Shown piece after piece: positions 26,922 to 36,375 of a DNA stretch of 64,000 nt. Both the position numbers and the translations under genes were made by a program. The DNA is from Gemmatimonadaceae bacterium (GTDB lineage Bacteria > Gemmatimonadota > Gemmatimonadetes > Gemmatimonadales > Gemmatimonadaceae): NCBI GenBank assembly GCA_036393195.1, contig DASVWN010000024.1, positions 6,880 to 70,879 on the forward strand. The letters run 5' to 3'. Under the pieces are notes generated by a model. That model was not told the origin of the DNA. It did not search any database and worked only from the letters and a program-made list of their open reading frames with translations. How positions within the stretch are numbered: the first letter of the stretch is position 1; each line of letters starts with the position of its first letter.

Positions 26922-29900
26922 ATCGACCTGGCACCGCGACGAAGCTCGACACGTCGCGTCGCCGGTGTCGGGTTGAACAGTCGAACGCGAAGTCCGCCCG
27001 TCACCGATTGCACTGAAGCGACGATGACGTCCGGGTCACTGATCGTAATTTGCTCCGCGGGATCTTCCGCCGCCGGCGCCACGATCAGCGGCTGACTCTC
27101 GCCGATGCCGAACCGCTCCGCCGCTGCAGCATCCCACGCGCCGTGCGGCCGCACGGCATACCGGAACGTGATCGGCCCCGACTGGTCTGCCTTGAAGTTC
27201 GTGTGCCAGTAATTGTTCATCGCGTAGGAGAAGAGGAGCTGCGTGGGGGGCAGCGCGCGCAGCCACGACGTCGTCCCGTCGTCGTGATGCCAGTCCTCCG
27301 CGGTCATCCCACCCAGCTCCACGAGCGGCGCATCGAGTGTAGCCCACGTGACGCCGATGCTGTCGTTGGACACGTCCGCCCAGCGATCCGCGGTGAGCAC
27401 GTTGCGATTGGCGCCGGGAAGCTGATCGGAGTCCGGGCGCACGATGGCCCATGGCACGTCGAGGCGCACCTGGCCATCCGGCACCAGGAACGGGAACCCA
27501 ATGTGCACCGCCTCCTTCGTGCGGACTGCGCTCTTGTCGATCGTCGCGGAGATCTCGACCACATCGGATCCGCTGCTCACGCGATACGTGCGCGTAAGCG
27601 ATCGAGCGCCGGGCGCGCCGGACGTCACGGTGAGCGAGGCGACCAGCGGACCCGAATCGAGCACGGTAACGCGGACGCCACGCACTCCCACCGCGGCAGC
27701 GGAGGATCGTCCCGGTACATACCGGTACTCGGCCCACCCGCCATGTGTGCGATCCACGAGCTCGTGCCCCCGCCACCGCACGCTCGCGAGCGCGCCGGTT
27801 ACTGTGTCCACGGATGCCGTGATGGTGCCGTTCCAGATGGAGTCTCCCGCGGCATGGGCCGTGTCGAGCGGCGCGGCCGGGCGCGCGCCTGCCGCCAGCA
27901 GATAACGCGCATGGCCGAGTGGCGGAACAGCTTCCGCGAGAACGGCGAGACTTCCGTCGCGCAGACGCTGCGTCGGCACGGCGCGGCCTCCGGCAGTCGA
28001 GAGCACATCGGTGTGGGCGAGAGAATCGGGAACGGTGACCACACCGGAGCGCGACCACGAACTGGTGTTGAACACGTCGAGTGCATTGCCGATGGAACGC
28101 CGTCCCAGCGCCGAGTCGAGCAGCGCGCGCGAGGTGCTGTCGGCCGATTCGGCGAAGCCACGCTTGACCGCCCACTGCGCCAGCACGAACGGATCGTCCG
28201 GCGCACTGATGCTGCGGTCGGCACCCCAGGTGTGCTCCGTGTAGAGCAGGACGTCGCGCCAGGCCGGCCACCACGCAGCAGTGTCGCAGGCGTCGCCGCG
28301 CAACATCGCGCACAACGTGCCCGCCTGCGTGAGCCGCTCGGCGGCGTTGCGGCTCAGCGCGGTCTCCCGCGCCGTTGACTGTGCGCCGTCTTCCCAGTAC
28401 CCGGTGAGGTCGCCGCGCACCCGGCGGAGCTGCTTCGCGTAGCGATGTTCGAAGTCGGCGAACATTTGCGGCAGCGTTCCGATCACCACGTGCGGTGACA
28501 CGTACGTCCGGTTCCAGCGGCGCACCGCGTCGGGCAGGAGCGAGTCCACCGAGCCGTTGTCGCCCGTCGTGTAGCGCACCTGCACGATGCGCCAGGGATA
28601 TCGTGCGGCGGCGAGCGAATCCATGTATTCAATGAGGCCGCCCTGGTCGGCGAGTCCGGGCCAGCCGCGCCGCCTCCCGTGGAACCAGGAGTAGCCACGG
28701 CCGGCGATCATCACGAGCACCGAATCGCGGCCCGAGGGCGACATCCAGTAGAATGCGCTGTCACCCCAGGTCTGGAGCAGCCGCCCGATGCGGTCCCCAC
28801 CGTCGGGCGAGCCCGGCACGTAATTCGGTCCGCTCGACAGATAGCGAATGCCGTTCTGCGCCAGCATGGGCACGACGCCCCAGGTGAATCCCGGCACGTC
28901 AGAGGTGATGGCCGTGTTGATCGGGATTCCATAGCGGCGCCGCAGCTCGCTGGCGTAGTGCACGGACCACTCGAGCTCCTCGGGGCGCGAGAGCCCGGTC
29001 ATGAGATTGGCGTAGAACGCGTTGAGGGAGAGAGTCCCGTCTCTTGCCGCGGCGAGCAGTGTGTCACGCAGCGCGGCGCCGGATGTGTCGAGCAGGCCTT
29101 CCATGGGCCAGAGCCCTTCGACGTTCCAGTGGAAGCGCGCATCCCTCGGATACGACGCGGTCTTCCGCGCCAGCGCGATCCCAGCGCGGTACGTCTCCTG
29201 GTGACGACGCCGGGCATCCTGCTGCAGGACGTTGTATCCGATGTCGAGATGCGCGTGGGGAATCAGGTAGATCGTCCGGGGAATGACCGGTGCGAGAGGA
29301 AGCGCGTCCCAGCGCACCGTCCTGCGGTCCGCCGTGAGCGTCACCGCGACGCGCGTCGGTCGCGTCACTTGCGGAATCGGGACCTCGAGGACATTCCATC
29401 CCTCGGCGACGGCGGCCGTGAGTCGCTGCGCGCCATTCACCGAAATGGCGACGCCCTTGCTCGCGGCGAGACTCCAGATGCCGACGCGGAGCGACTGCTG
29501 CGCACCATGTGCACCGCGCAAGAGCGCTTGCTCGCCGGAGAGCCGGGCGACCGGTGCCACGGGATGCGTGAAGGTCATGTACCACGCCTGACTGCCCGCA
29601 CTCTCGCCCGAGACGCGAAGCGTCGCCGGTGCACCGCGTTCGAGGTCAGCGAGCGGGACGCGCATCGTCACGAGTCCGTTCACGTCTCCGGCCCAGTCCA
29701 CGAGCAGCGTGTGAAAGCTGAACGTGGAACCGTCGCGGCCGCTGATGCGCCAGTCAGTCGGCGTAGCGGAGAGTGGCGACGGAATCGTGAACCACGGCCG
29801 CCCGTTGAGCGAGAGCGTGAAGCGGTGCTGCGTGGTGCCCGCGTCCACGACGTCCATTGACGCCATCCAGCGGAAGGTGACGAAGGGCCCCGCGGCAGAA

Positions 29901-30979
29901 TCGGGAACGGGAGCCGTGCGCCATTCGATGAAGCGGGTGCTGTCGGCGGAGCGAACGAGCAGGGAAGTGGTGATGAGGGGGCTGGCGGTGTGATAGCTGA
30001 ACCGTTCGCCGGCAATGGTGCTCTCGTAGCCCTCGACGTAAGGGGAGGGGACGTCGGGCCAGGGTCTTGTTTGCGCCTGCTGAGCGTCGTCGGCGACAAG
30101 AGCGAGCCAGTGCCCATTGGGGCTGATCGCAAGCCGGGAGATGTGTGCGAGTCCGTCCGGCGCGAGATCGGCAGCCTGCCGCCATGCGGTTTCCCCGCGC
30201 CGGAGCGTGTAGAGCTTCGAGCCCGAGCCGGTGATGGCCACGCCAGTGGACGTCCACACCACGTACGTTGCGCCATTGGGCAGTGGCGCGATCAACGTGA
30301 CCTGTGGTGCAGCGGTGACCCCATTGATCGAGAGTCGCTCGAGTGTCAGCGAGCCGTCCGGCTGGCGCTGAACGAACGAGACCGTGTCAACGGACATTGG
30401 CGACAACGATCGATCGATGTCGCGTGCGACGGTATCGGCGCGCTCTGTCTTCGTGTCCACGACCTGCAGCGTGGTGGGAGCGCCAAGGACGTACACGGCA
30501 ACGTGTGTGGCGTCGAGCCAGACGTGATAGCCCACCGGTTTGACGCTCCGCAGGACGAGCGCGGGTTTGCTGCCATCGAGCGCGAAGCTCCAGAGGCGCT
30601 GCGTCGAATCGGCCTCGACGCGCACGACCGACATGCGCCGGCCACCCGGCATGCGCGTCGGCGAGTACTCGCTTTCTCGTGTCTTCGTGATTCGAGTGGT
30701 GCGCCTGGTCGCGATATCGTAGCGGTAGATGTCGGCCTGGCCGTCCTGCCGAATCGACGTGAAGAACACGGCGCGCTCGTCGGCCATGAACGCGGGCTGG
30801 TTGTCGTAGCCGGCGCGACGAGTGATGTTCTCGGGGGAGAGAAGCGCGATCCCGGTTGGCGAACGATCGGTGACTTCCAGGCCGGCGAGATACACGTCCG
30901 TGCCGGGGACGCGCTGGGCAGCAGCGCGCTGGAACAGCAAGCCGCTGAGCAGCAGGGCGATCGCGGTGGCGCGCCTCAT
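26843..30979 (-). CDS. secreted fusion protein: N-terminal TolB-like beta-propeller plus GH38-like (alpha-mannosidase-like) domain
   Basis: The ATG at 30979 overlaps the OPT stop (ATGA). Signal MRRATAIALLLSGLLFQRAAAQ. Propeller segment (YDNQPAFMADERAVFFTS, DIYRYDIATRR, ISPNGHWLALVADD). GH38 metal-site-like HxHxDxG[WY] (IYLIPHAHLDIGY) and DxxGxxxxxxxxLxxxGIxY (SDVPGFTWGVVPMLAQNGIRYL). Confidence 0.65.
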   Translation of the reverse strand: MRRATAIALLLSGLLFQRAAAQRVPGTDVYLAGLEVTDRSPTGIALLSPENITRRAGYDNQPAFMADERAVFFTSIRQDGQADIYRYDIATRRTTRITKTRESEYSPTRMPGGRRMSVVRVEADSTQRLWSFALDGSKPALVLRSVKPVGYHVWLDATHVAVYVLGAPTTLQVVDTKTERADTVARDIDRSLSPMSVDTVSFVQRQPDGSLTLERLSINGVTAAPQVTLIAPLPNGATYVVWTSTGVAITGSGSKLYTLRRGETAWRQAADLAPDGLAHISRLAISPNGHWLALVADDAQQAQTRPWPDVPSPYVEGYESTIAGERFSYHTASPLITTSLLVRSADSTRFIEWRTAPVPDSAAGPFVTFRWMASMDVVDAGTTQHRFTLSLNGRPWFTIPSPLSATPTDWRISGRDGSTFSFHTLLVDWAGDVNGLVTMRVPLADLERGAPATLRVSGESAGSQAWYMTFTHPVAPVARLSGEQALLRGAHGAQQSLRVGIWSLAASKGVAISVNGAQRLTAAVAEGWNVLEVPIPQVTRPTRVAVTLTADRRTVRWDALPLAPVIPRTIYLIPHAHLDIGYNVLQQDARRRHQETYRAGIALARKTASYPRDARFHWNVEGLWPMEGLLDTSGAALRDTLLAAARDGTLSLNAFYANLMTGLSRPEELEWSVHYASELRRRYGIPINTAITSDVPGFTWGVVPMLAQNGIRYLSSGPNYVPGSPDGGDRIGRLLQTWGDSAFYWMSPSGRDSVLVMIAGRGYSWFHGRRRGWPGLADQGGLIEYMDSLAAARYPWRIVQVRYTTGDNGSVDSLLPDAVRRWNRTYVSPHVVIGTLPQMFADFEHRYAKQLRRVRGDLTGYWEDGAQSTARETALSRNAAERLTQAGTLCAMLRGDACDTAAWWPAWRDVLLYTEHTWGADRSISAPDDPFVLAQWAVKRGFAESADSTSRALLDSALGRRSIGNALDVFNTSSWSRSGVVTVPDSLAHTDVLSTAGGRAVPTQRLRDGSLAVLAEAVPPLGHARYLLAAGARPAAPLDTAHAAGDSIWNGTITASVDTVTGALASVRWRGHELVDRTHGGWAEYRYVPGRSSAAAVGVRGVRVTVLDSGPLVASLTVTSGAPGARSLTRTYRVSSGSDVVEISATIDKSAVRTKEAVHIGFPFLVPDGQVRLDVPWAIVRPDSDQLPGANRNVLTADRWADVSNDSIGVTWATLDAPLVELGGMTAEDWHHDDGTTSWLRALPPTQLLFSYAMNNYWHTNFKADQSGPITFRYAVRPHGAWDAAAAERFGIGESQPLIVAPAAEDPAEQITISDPDVIVASVQSVTGGLRVRLFNPTPATRRVELRRGARSIQVTMTPLGTTAVTIAGSPSSSAASR

Positions 30980-32931
30980 GGTGTAACGACGTTCGCTTTG
31001 CGCAGCATCCATCGGTAGAGCCACACCACCAGCAGCACGAACGCGATCACGCCGAGCCACGGCGCGGGAGCGAACGTCTCCCTGACCAGCGCAATCGGCG
31101 CGTCGGTCGAGAGTCCCACGATGAGGCCGGCGTTCACGACACCCCACACGCTCTCGCCGACAATGAGCCCCGACGCCACCAGCGTACCCAACTGCTCGGC
31201 GCGTTCCGGGTTCGGCGCAGTGCGCACGCGCCGGCTGTACCAGTGTGACAACACGGCGCCAACGACCACCGCAAAGGTAGCCGACATGGGGAGATAGATC
31301 CCGATCCCCACGGCGAGCGGCGGGATGCGCAGCTTGTGCATCGCACCCAGCGCCTCATCCAGCAGAATGAGCGCAATGCCCACGAGCGCCCCAATGCCGA
31401 TCATCGACCATTCGAGGTTTCCGCCAATCACGCCCTTGGCGAGCGCGGAGATGAGCACGGCCTGTGGTGCGGGCAGCGGATTCGGGGCGAGGACGCCCAC
31501 GTTGGCGGCACCGGCAAAGCCATAGGCGTGTGCGAGCAGATTGAGCACCCATGGCACCACCGCGGCGCCGGCGGCTACGCCAACAATCAGCGCGATCTGC
31601 TGTCGCATGGGGGATGCGCCCACGAGCTGGCCGGTCTTGAGATCCTGCAGGTTGTCGTTGGAGATCGTGGCGCAGGCGAACACAATGGACGTGACGAAGA
31701 GCGAGATGGCCACGAGAGCCGGACGTTCGCCACCAGTGGGATGGATGACGAGCATCAGGATGGATGCACAGACCACGATCGAGAGAATGCCCACGCCGGA
31801 GATCGGGCTGTTCGACGACCCGATCAACCCCGCCATGTAGCCACAGATTCCGGCGATTATGAATCCGACGATCAGGACGAACGGGACGGCAATCACCGTG
31901 AGGATCACGGCGTCGTGCGCGAGTACCGTGGAGCGAGCGAAGGTGAATGTGAGCAATCCGGCAAGCACCGCACACGCCGCAGCGAGCACCGCGATCCAGC
32001 CCGGAGAGAGATCGCGATCGTCGTCGCGCGCAATGCCTGACCGGCGTGATCTGGAGAGCGTACTGGCGAGTCCTGCAATCACCGGCTTCGCAAGCGTGCC
32101 AAGCGTGTAGATCGCGGCAATGCCAATCGCGCCTGCGCCGATGAAGCGCACCTGGGTGCCCCAGACGGCGCTCGTGTGCGCGGCCAGCGTCGTGCCGGCA
32201 GCAGCGGGCTGCATCGCGGTGAGAATCGGAACGGCGATGCCCCAGGAGATAATGAATCCCACGAGCATCGCCATCCCCACCGAGAGCCCCACGAGCTGAC
32301 CCGCTCCCAGTAGCGCAAGTGACCACGCGATGTCGTACCCGCTCGAAGCTGTTGCGCCCAGGCGAAAGAAGCCTGTCAGCGTACCCGCGATGATGCGCGT
32401 GCTGGAAAGAATCGCGAGCCCGGCCGAAGCCACCGCGCCCAGGATGACTGCGACGAGCCCTTCCCGGGCCTGGCCGGTATCGTCGCGCGTCTCGCCACGC
32501 GTGCCCGATCCGACCTTGAGTACTTCTGCTGCCGCGACGCCTTCGGGGTACGGCAAGTCCGACGTGGTGACGAGCGCGCGGCGCAGCGGGATTGTGAACA
32601 GCACGCCGAGCACGCCCCCGCTCAGGCAGATGAGAAAGGATTGCCAGAAGGGGAAGCCCGTCCACCATCCGACGATGACAAGGCCGGGCAGGACAAAAAT
32701 GATGGAGGAAAGCGTGCCGGCCGCCGAGGCGACCGTCTGGACGATGTTGTTCTCGAGGATCGACGAATCCTTGAACGCGCTGAGTACACCCATCGAGATC
32801 ACCGCCGCCGGAATGGACGACGCGAAGGTGAGTCCCACCTTGAGGCCAAGGTAGACGTTGGCGGCGGTGAACAGCAGCGTGATCAGCGCGCCAAGGACCA
32901 GCCCGCGGAGCGTGAGTTCTCTGGGTTTCAT
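30976..32931 (-). CDS. OPT-family oligopeptide transporter
   Basis: 651 aa. Start MKPRELTLRGLVLGALITLLFTAANVYLGLKVGLTFASSIPAAVISM is typical of the bacterial OPT family. About 16 hydrophobic helices. Confidence 0.85.
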   Translation of the reverse strand: MKPRELTLRGLVLGALITLLFTAANVYLGLKVGLTFASSIPAAVISMGVLSAFKDSSILENNIVQTVASAAGTLSSIIFVLPGLVIVGWWTGFPFWQSFLICLSGGVLGVLFTIPLRRALVTTSDLPYPEGVAAAEVLKVGSGTRGETRDDTGQAREGLVAVILGAVASAGLAILSSTRIIAGTLTGFFRLGATASSGYDIAWSLALLGAGQLVGLSVGMAMLVGFIISWGIAVPILTAMQPAAAGTTLAAHTSAVWGTQVRFIGAGAIGIAAIYTLGTLAKPVIAGLASTLSRSRRSGIARDDDRDLSPGWIAVLAAACAVLAGLLTFTFARSTVLAHDAVILTVIAVPFVLIVGFIIAGICGYMAGLIGSSNSPISGVGILSIVVCASILMLVIHPTGGERPALVAISLFVTSIVFACATISNDNLQDLKTGQLVGASPMRQQIALIVGVAAGAAVVPWVLNLLAHAYGFAGAANVGVLAPNPLPAPQAVLISALAKGVIGGNLEWSMIGIGALVGIALILLDEALGAMHKLRIPPLAVGIGIYLPMSATFAVVVGAVLSHWYSRRVRTAPNPERAEQLGTLVASGLIVGESVWGVVNAGLIVGLSTDAPIALVRETFAPAPWLGVIAFVLLVVWLYRWMLRKANVVTP

Positions 32932-33293
32932 GAAGTGATCGAAGCGTGGTGAGACACCATACTACGTGGGGACGCAGAGGCGACGTCGCGCCTGAGTTAC
33001 CATCCACGTCGGCGCATGAGTGGTTCCGGCCCGCCCTCAATGTCTGGCGTGGGACCTGCGCCGGCAAGCGCATCTCGCCTGCGGAGTCGTTTCCTCGACG
33101 AGGTGAATCGTACCGCCGCGAGCTTGGAGATACCGGCCAGCCCAGGCCTTCGCCTGCGTGTGGGTCCTTGCCTGGTCCGTCTCGTGAGTCCCGCCGTCCT
33201 GTTGACTGGCATCCGCCGTTCACGCGCAGCATCCAGCTTCGCCTGAGCTTGCGGATTCACGCTCCATGGCGCAATTCTTTGTCGCATCCGTCC

Positions 33294-33686
33294 ATGACTG
33301 ATCCCACGTCGTCATTCGAGAACGCGAGCGTCGCCGCACTGCTCGCCAAACGCAGCCGCGACGATCGCGACGCGCTGCTCGACGAGCTCGTGTCTGTCCT
33401 CTCGGACATCGTACCCGGCGTGCATGTCGAGCGCGCGTTGCTGCGGCGCCACGTCACCGCCATCCGCCTGCCCATTGGTGGATACGGCTACGTGCTGAAA
33501 CGAAGCACGAACGGTTCCTTCGAGGCGAGCCGCCAGCAGGAAGTGCGCGGCGTCGTGGTCCGCACGGTCCCTATGGAAATCGACGCCTTTCTCGAGGAGC
33601 TGGGACTGGCGCTCGACGTCGAGCTGCGGCGAACGGACCGGGGACGCAAGGCGCTGGAAGCGTGGTTGAATTCGACACCCTCCTGA
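33294..33686 (+). CDS. hypothetical small soluble protein
   Basis: ATG at 33294 (MTDPTSSFENASVAALLAK...), 130 aa. Good third-position GC. No family recognised. Ends 58 nt before the YbjQ-like gene. Confidence 0.45.
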   Translation: MTDPTSSFENASVAALLAKRSRDDRDALLDELVSVLSDIVPGVHVERALLRRHVTAIRLPIGGYGYVLKRSTNGSFEASRQQEVRGVVVRTVPMEIDAFLEELGLALDVELRRTDRGRKALEAWLNSTPS

Positions 33687-33744
33687 ACAGTTCGACACCG
33701 GACGTCATTCGCCGCCGAGCCAACCTCACGATACAGGAGTGCAC

Positions 33745-34587
33745 ATGCCAGACTACGTACCCGGATCCACCGCGAATCTGCCGACGGGCGCCGCCGAGCG
33801 ACTGCGCGCGATGCGCGGCACCGGGGACCGCCCCGCCTTCTTCACGAGCGACCTCACGGTGGACGAGTTCCTTCTCGTCGAACAGGCTGGTTTCGAAGCG
33901 CTCGGTCTCGTGCTGGGCTCGTCCATTTATCACGTCGGCTTCCAGTGGCAAAAGTGGAACGTGAGCCAGGAGCTCGGCGTGCTGACCAAGGCCATGTTCG
34001 AGGCACGGGAGCTCGCTGTGACGCGCATGGAAGAAGAGGCGGATCTGCTCGGCGCCGATGGCGTGGTCGGCGTTCGCCTCGTGTTCAAGCAGTACGCCAT
34101 GGATGAAGGCGTGCTGGAGTTCCAGGCGATTGGCACCGCCATCCGGCATCGCGAGCGGACCGGCAGTTTCCGTACGAAGGACAATCGCCCATTCACGTCC
34201 GACCTGAGCGGCCAGGATCTCTGGAAGCTCGTGCGGGCGGGCTACCGGCCGGTCAGTCTCGCGATGGGAGCGTGCGTCTACCACATCGCGCACCTGAGTT
34301 TCATGCAGGTGCTCAAGCAGGCCGGGCGCAATCAGGAAATGAAGATTTACACCGACGCCACCTATGCCGCGCGCGAGCTTGCGCTGGAGCGCATGCAGGC
34401 CGAGGCGGTTGAACGCGGTGGCGCCGGCGTCGTGGGCGCGCGGGTCGAAGAGTCGAACTGGGGGTGGGGCGCCAACGCGATCGAGTTCTTTGCCGTGGGA
34501 ACGGCGGTCGTCAAGGTGAGCGATGCCGCGGACCGCCCGCCGCTGGACGCCGTGCAGCAGGTGGTGACGTTCGACGACAAGGGGTGA
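33745..34587 (+). CDS. tandem YbjQ/DUF74 (UPF0145) domain protein
   Basis: CAGGAG 5 nt before the ATG at 33745. Two copies of the YbjQ pattern (FFTSDLTVDEFLLVEQAGFEALGLVLGSSIY...ARELAVTRMEEEADLLGADGVVGVRL and FTSDLSGQDLWKLVRAGYRPVSLAMGACVY...ARELALERMQAEAVERGGAGVVGARV). Confidence 0.7.
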   Translation: MPDYVPGSTANLPTGAAERLRAMRGTGDRPAFFTSDLTVDEFLLVEQAGFEALGLVLGSSIYHVGFQWQKWNVSQELGVLTKAMFEARELAVTRMEEEADLLGADGVVGVRLVFKQYAMDEGVLEFQAIGTAIRHRERTGSFRTKDNRPFTSDLSGQDLWKLVRAGYRPVSLAMGACVYHIAHLSFMQVLKQAGRNQEMKIYTDATYAARELALERMQAEAVERGGAGVVGARVEESNWGWGANAIEFFAVGTAVVKVSDAADRPPLDAVQQVVTFDDKG

Positions 34588-34596
34588 ACGCCACCG

Positions 34597-35403
34597 TCAC
34601 GGATTCTTTCCCTTCAGCAATTCTGCGAACAGATCCGTTGCTCTCGGGTCGCCGGACTGGCCCAGCCAGAACAATGCCTTGCTCCGCAGCTCGGCGTTGC
34701 GGTTGGTCCGGGCCACGCGAATGAGCGCGGGTACGCCGACGTCATGCGGCTGCTGTGAGAGCGCGAAGATCGCTTCCGCGCGCACGTCGTCGCGGTCGGA
34801 CTTCGTGTCGCTGTCGCGATCGCCGAACAGTGCCCGCTGATTCACGACGGCCGCCGTGGCCTGGCTCAGCCAGAACATGGCGCTCGCATGCGTCGCGCGC
34901 GGTAGCGAGTTGTCACGGGCGATGGAGAGCAGCGCGGGCCAGGGGGTGACGCTGTCCGCGAGCACTGCGGCGAGAATCGCCTGGTCGCCCACCTGGCCGC
35001 GATCTCCTCGACGCGCCAGGTCGAGGAAGTAGTTCGCACTCTCGGTAGCCGAAACCAGGCCGAGGTCGTGTACGTCGGCCGCGGAATCACTGCCGCCGAC
35101 GAAGACGCGGGCGCGCTCGACCGTACCCCCGTGCACCGTGAGCACGGTGCGCACCGGGCCCGGCTCGCACCAGTCGCGCCAGTTGCGGGAGTCGCTGGAT
35201 GATGAGACCTCGCCGATGACGCTGTGCCCGCCGGTGCCGATGCTGCCACGCCCGTTCCCGCACACGCCGTTGCGCGACGCGAAGCGCAGTTGTACCCGGC
35301 CGTCGCGTACCGCTGCGATGCGCTGAGCGAGCGACTGGGCATGAATCACGGAGGAGCCCGCCAGGACGGCGCCTGTCACGATGATGATCGCGATGTTTCG
35401 CAT
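34597..35403 (-). CDS. exported HEAT-repeat protein (paralogue 3)
   Basis: 268 aa. Signal MRNIAIIIVTGAVLAGSSVIHAQS. A two-Cys N-domain is followed by MFWLSQ, IFALSQ and LFWLGQSGDPR repeats. GAGGAA upstream. Confidence 0.7.
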   Translation of the reverse strand: MRNIAIIIVTGAVLAGSSVIHAQSLAQRIAAVRDGRVQLRFASRNGVCGNGRGSIGTGGHSVIGEVSSSSDSRNWRDWCEPGPVRTVLTVHGGTVERARVFVGGSDSAADVHDLGLVSATESANYFLDLARRGDRGQVGDQAILAAVLADSVTPWPALLSIARDNSLPRATHASAMFWLSQATAAVVNQRALFGDRDSDTKSDRDDVRAEAIFALSQQPHDVGVPALIRVARTNRNAELRSKALFWLGQSGDPRATDLFAELLKGKNP

Positions 35404-35418
35404 TGTCCCGTTCCTCGC

Positions 35419-36375
35419 TCAATGCTCGAGAATGGACGCCAGGAACGATGCCACCCGCGGATCGTTCTTCTGGCCGAGCCAGAACATTGCCTGCTTGCGC
35501 AGCTCGTAGTCGTCCTGGGAGCGCGCGATGTTCATGAGCGCGTCCGTGGACGCCGAATCGCTCCGTTGCGAGAGCACAAAGATGAGCTGCTTCCGGAGCT
35601 CGTGGTCGCCGAGCTGCCGGTAGAGGTCAACCAGCTCGGACGTGGGTGTCCCGGTCTGCCCGGCCCAGAACAACGCCTGCTTGCGCGTGTGCATGCCGGC
35701 GGCCGCATCCCGCGCGATCGCAATGAGCGCCGGCGCGCCGCTGCTGTCGGGGAGCTGCGACAGCACGAAGACGGCCTGTTGCCGCATGGCGTCCTCGTCG
35801 GCAGTGTCCAGCGCGATCGCGCGCACTGGCTCGAGGACACCAGGCTCACCTGCCTCTCCCGCCCAGAAGAGCGCGCGCTTGCGCACATCCGTGGGGCGCG
35901 CCCGGTCCCGCGCGAGCGAGAGCAGGGCGGGGGAGATCGTGGTGCTGTCGGCCAGCGCGGCAGGGAGGATCGCATCCGCGGCCACGCGCTCCGGGGTGTT
36001 TGCGGCGCGTGCGAGAGACAGGAAGTACTCCACGGCGTCGTGGGTGCTCACGGTACCGAGATCGGTCACGGCGGCGGTGCCGCTGTCACGCGGCTCGCCG
36101 ACGTACGTCCGCAGGTGCGTCACGGCGCCGTTCGCCACGGTGAGTCGTACGCGCACCGGTCCGTGCATGCAGCGGCCATTCCAGTGATCGTCGCTCCGGA
36201 AGGAGAACGACCGATCTCCGTCACCACACACATCAGGGCGGGAGGCGAAGCGCACCTCGGCGTCGCCGTTCACGGCACTCACGCGCTGCGCCAGCGGCTG
36301 CTGCGCACGCGCGCCGGCAGAAACAAGGATGATCGCCGGGAGCGCGACCCAGGCGGCGAGCTCAGAGCGAGTCAT
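35419..36375 (-). CDS. exported HEAT-repeat protein (paralogue 2)
   Basis: I trimmed the 558-aa ORF to the ATG at 36375 (MTRSELAAWVALPAIILVSAGARAQQ), which overlaps the upstream gene by 14 nt. The N-domain is homologous to paralogue 3. Repeats LFWAGE, VFVLSQ, LFWAGQ, IFVLSQ, MFWLGQKNDPR. Confidence 0.7.
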   Translation of the reverse strand: MTRSELAAWVALPAIILVSAGARAQQPLAQRVSAVNGDAEVRFASRPDVCGDGDRSFSFRSDDHWNGRCMHGPVRVRLTVANGAVTHLRTYVGEPRDSGTAAVTDLGTVSTHDAVEYFLSLARAANTPERVAADAILPAALADSTTISPALLSLARDRARPTDVRKRALFWAGEAGEPGVLEPVRAIALDTADEDAMRQQAVFVLSQLPDSSGAPALIAIARDAAAGMHTRKQALFWAGQTGTPTSELVDLYRQLGDHELRKQLIFVLSQRSDSASTDALMNIARSQDDYELRKQAMFWLGQKNDPRVASFLASILEH

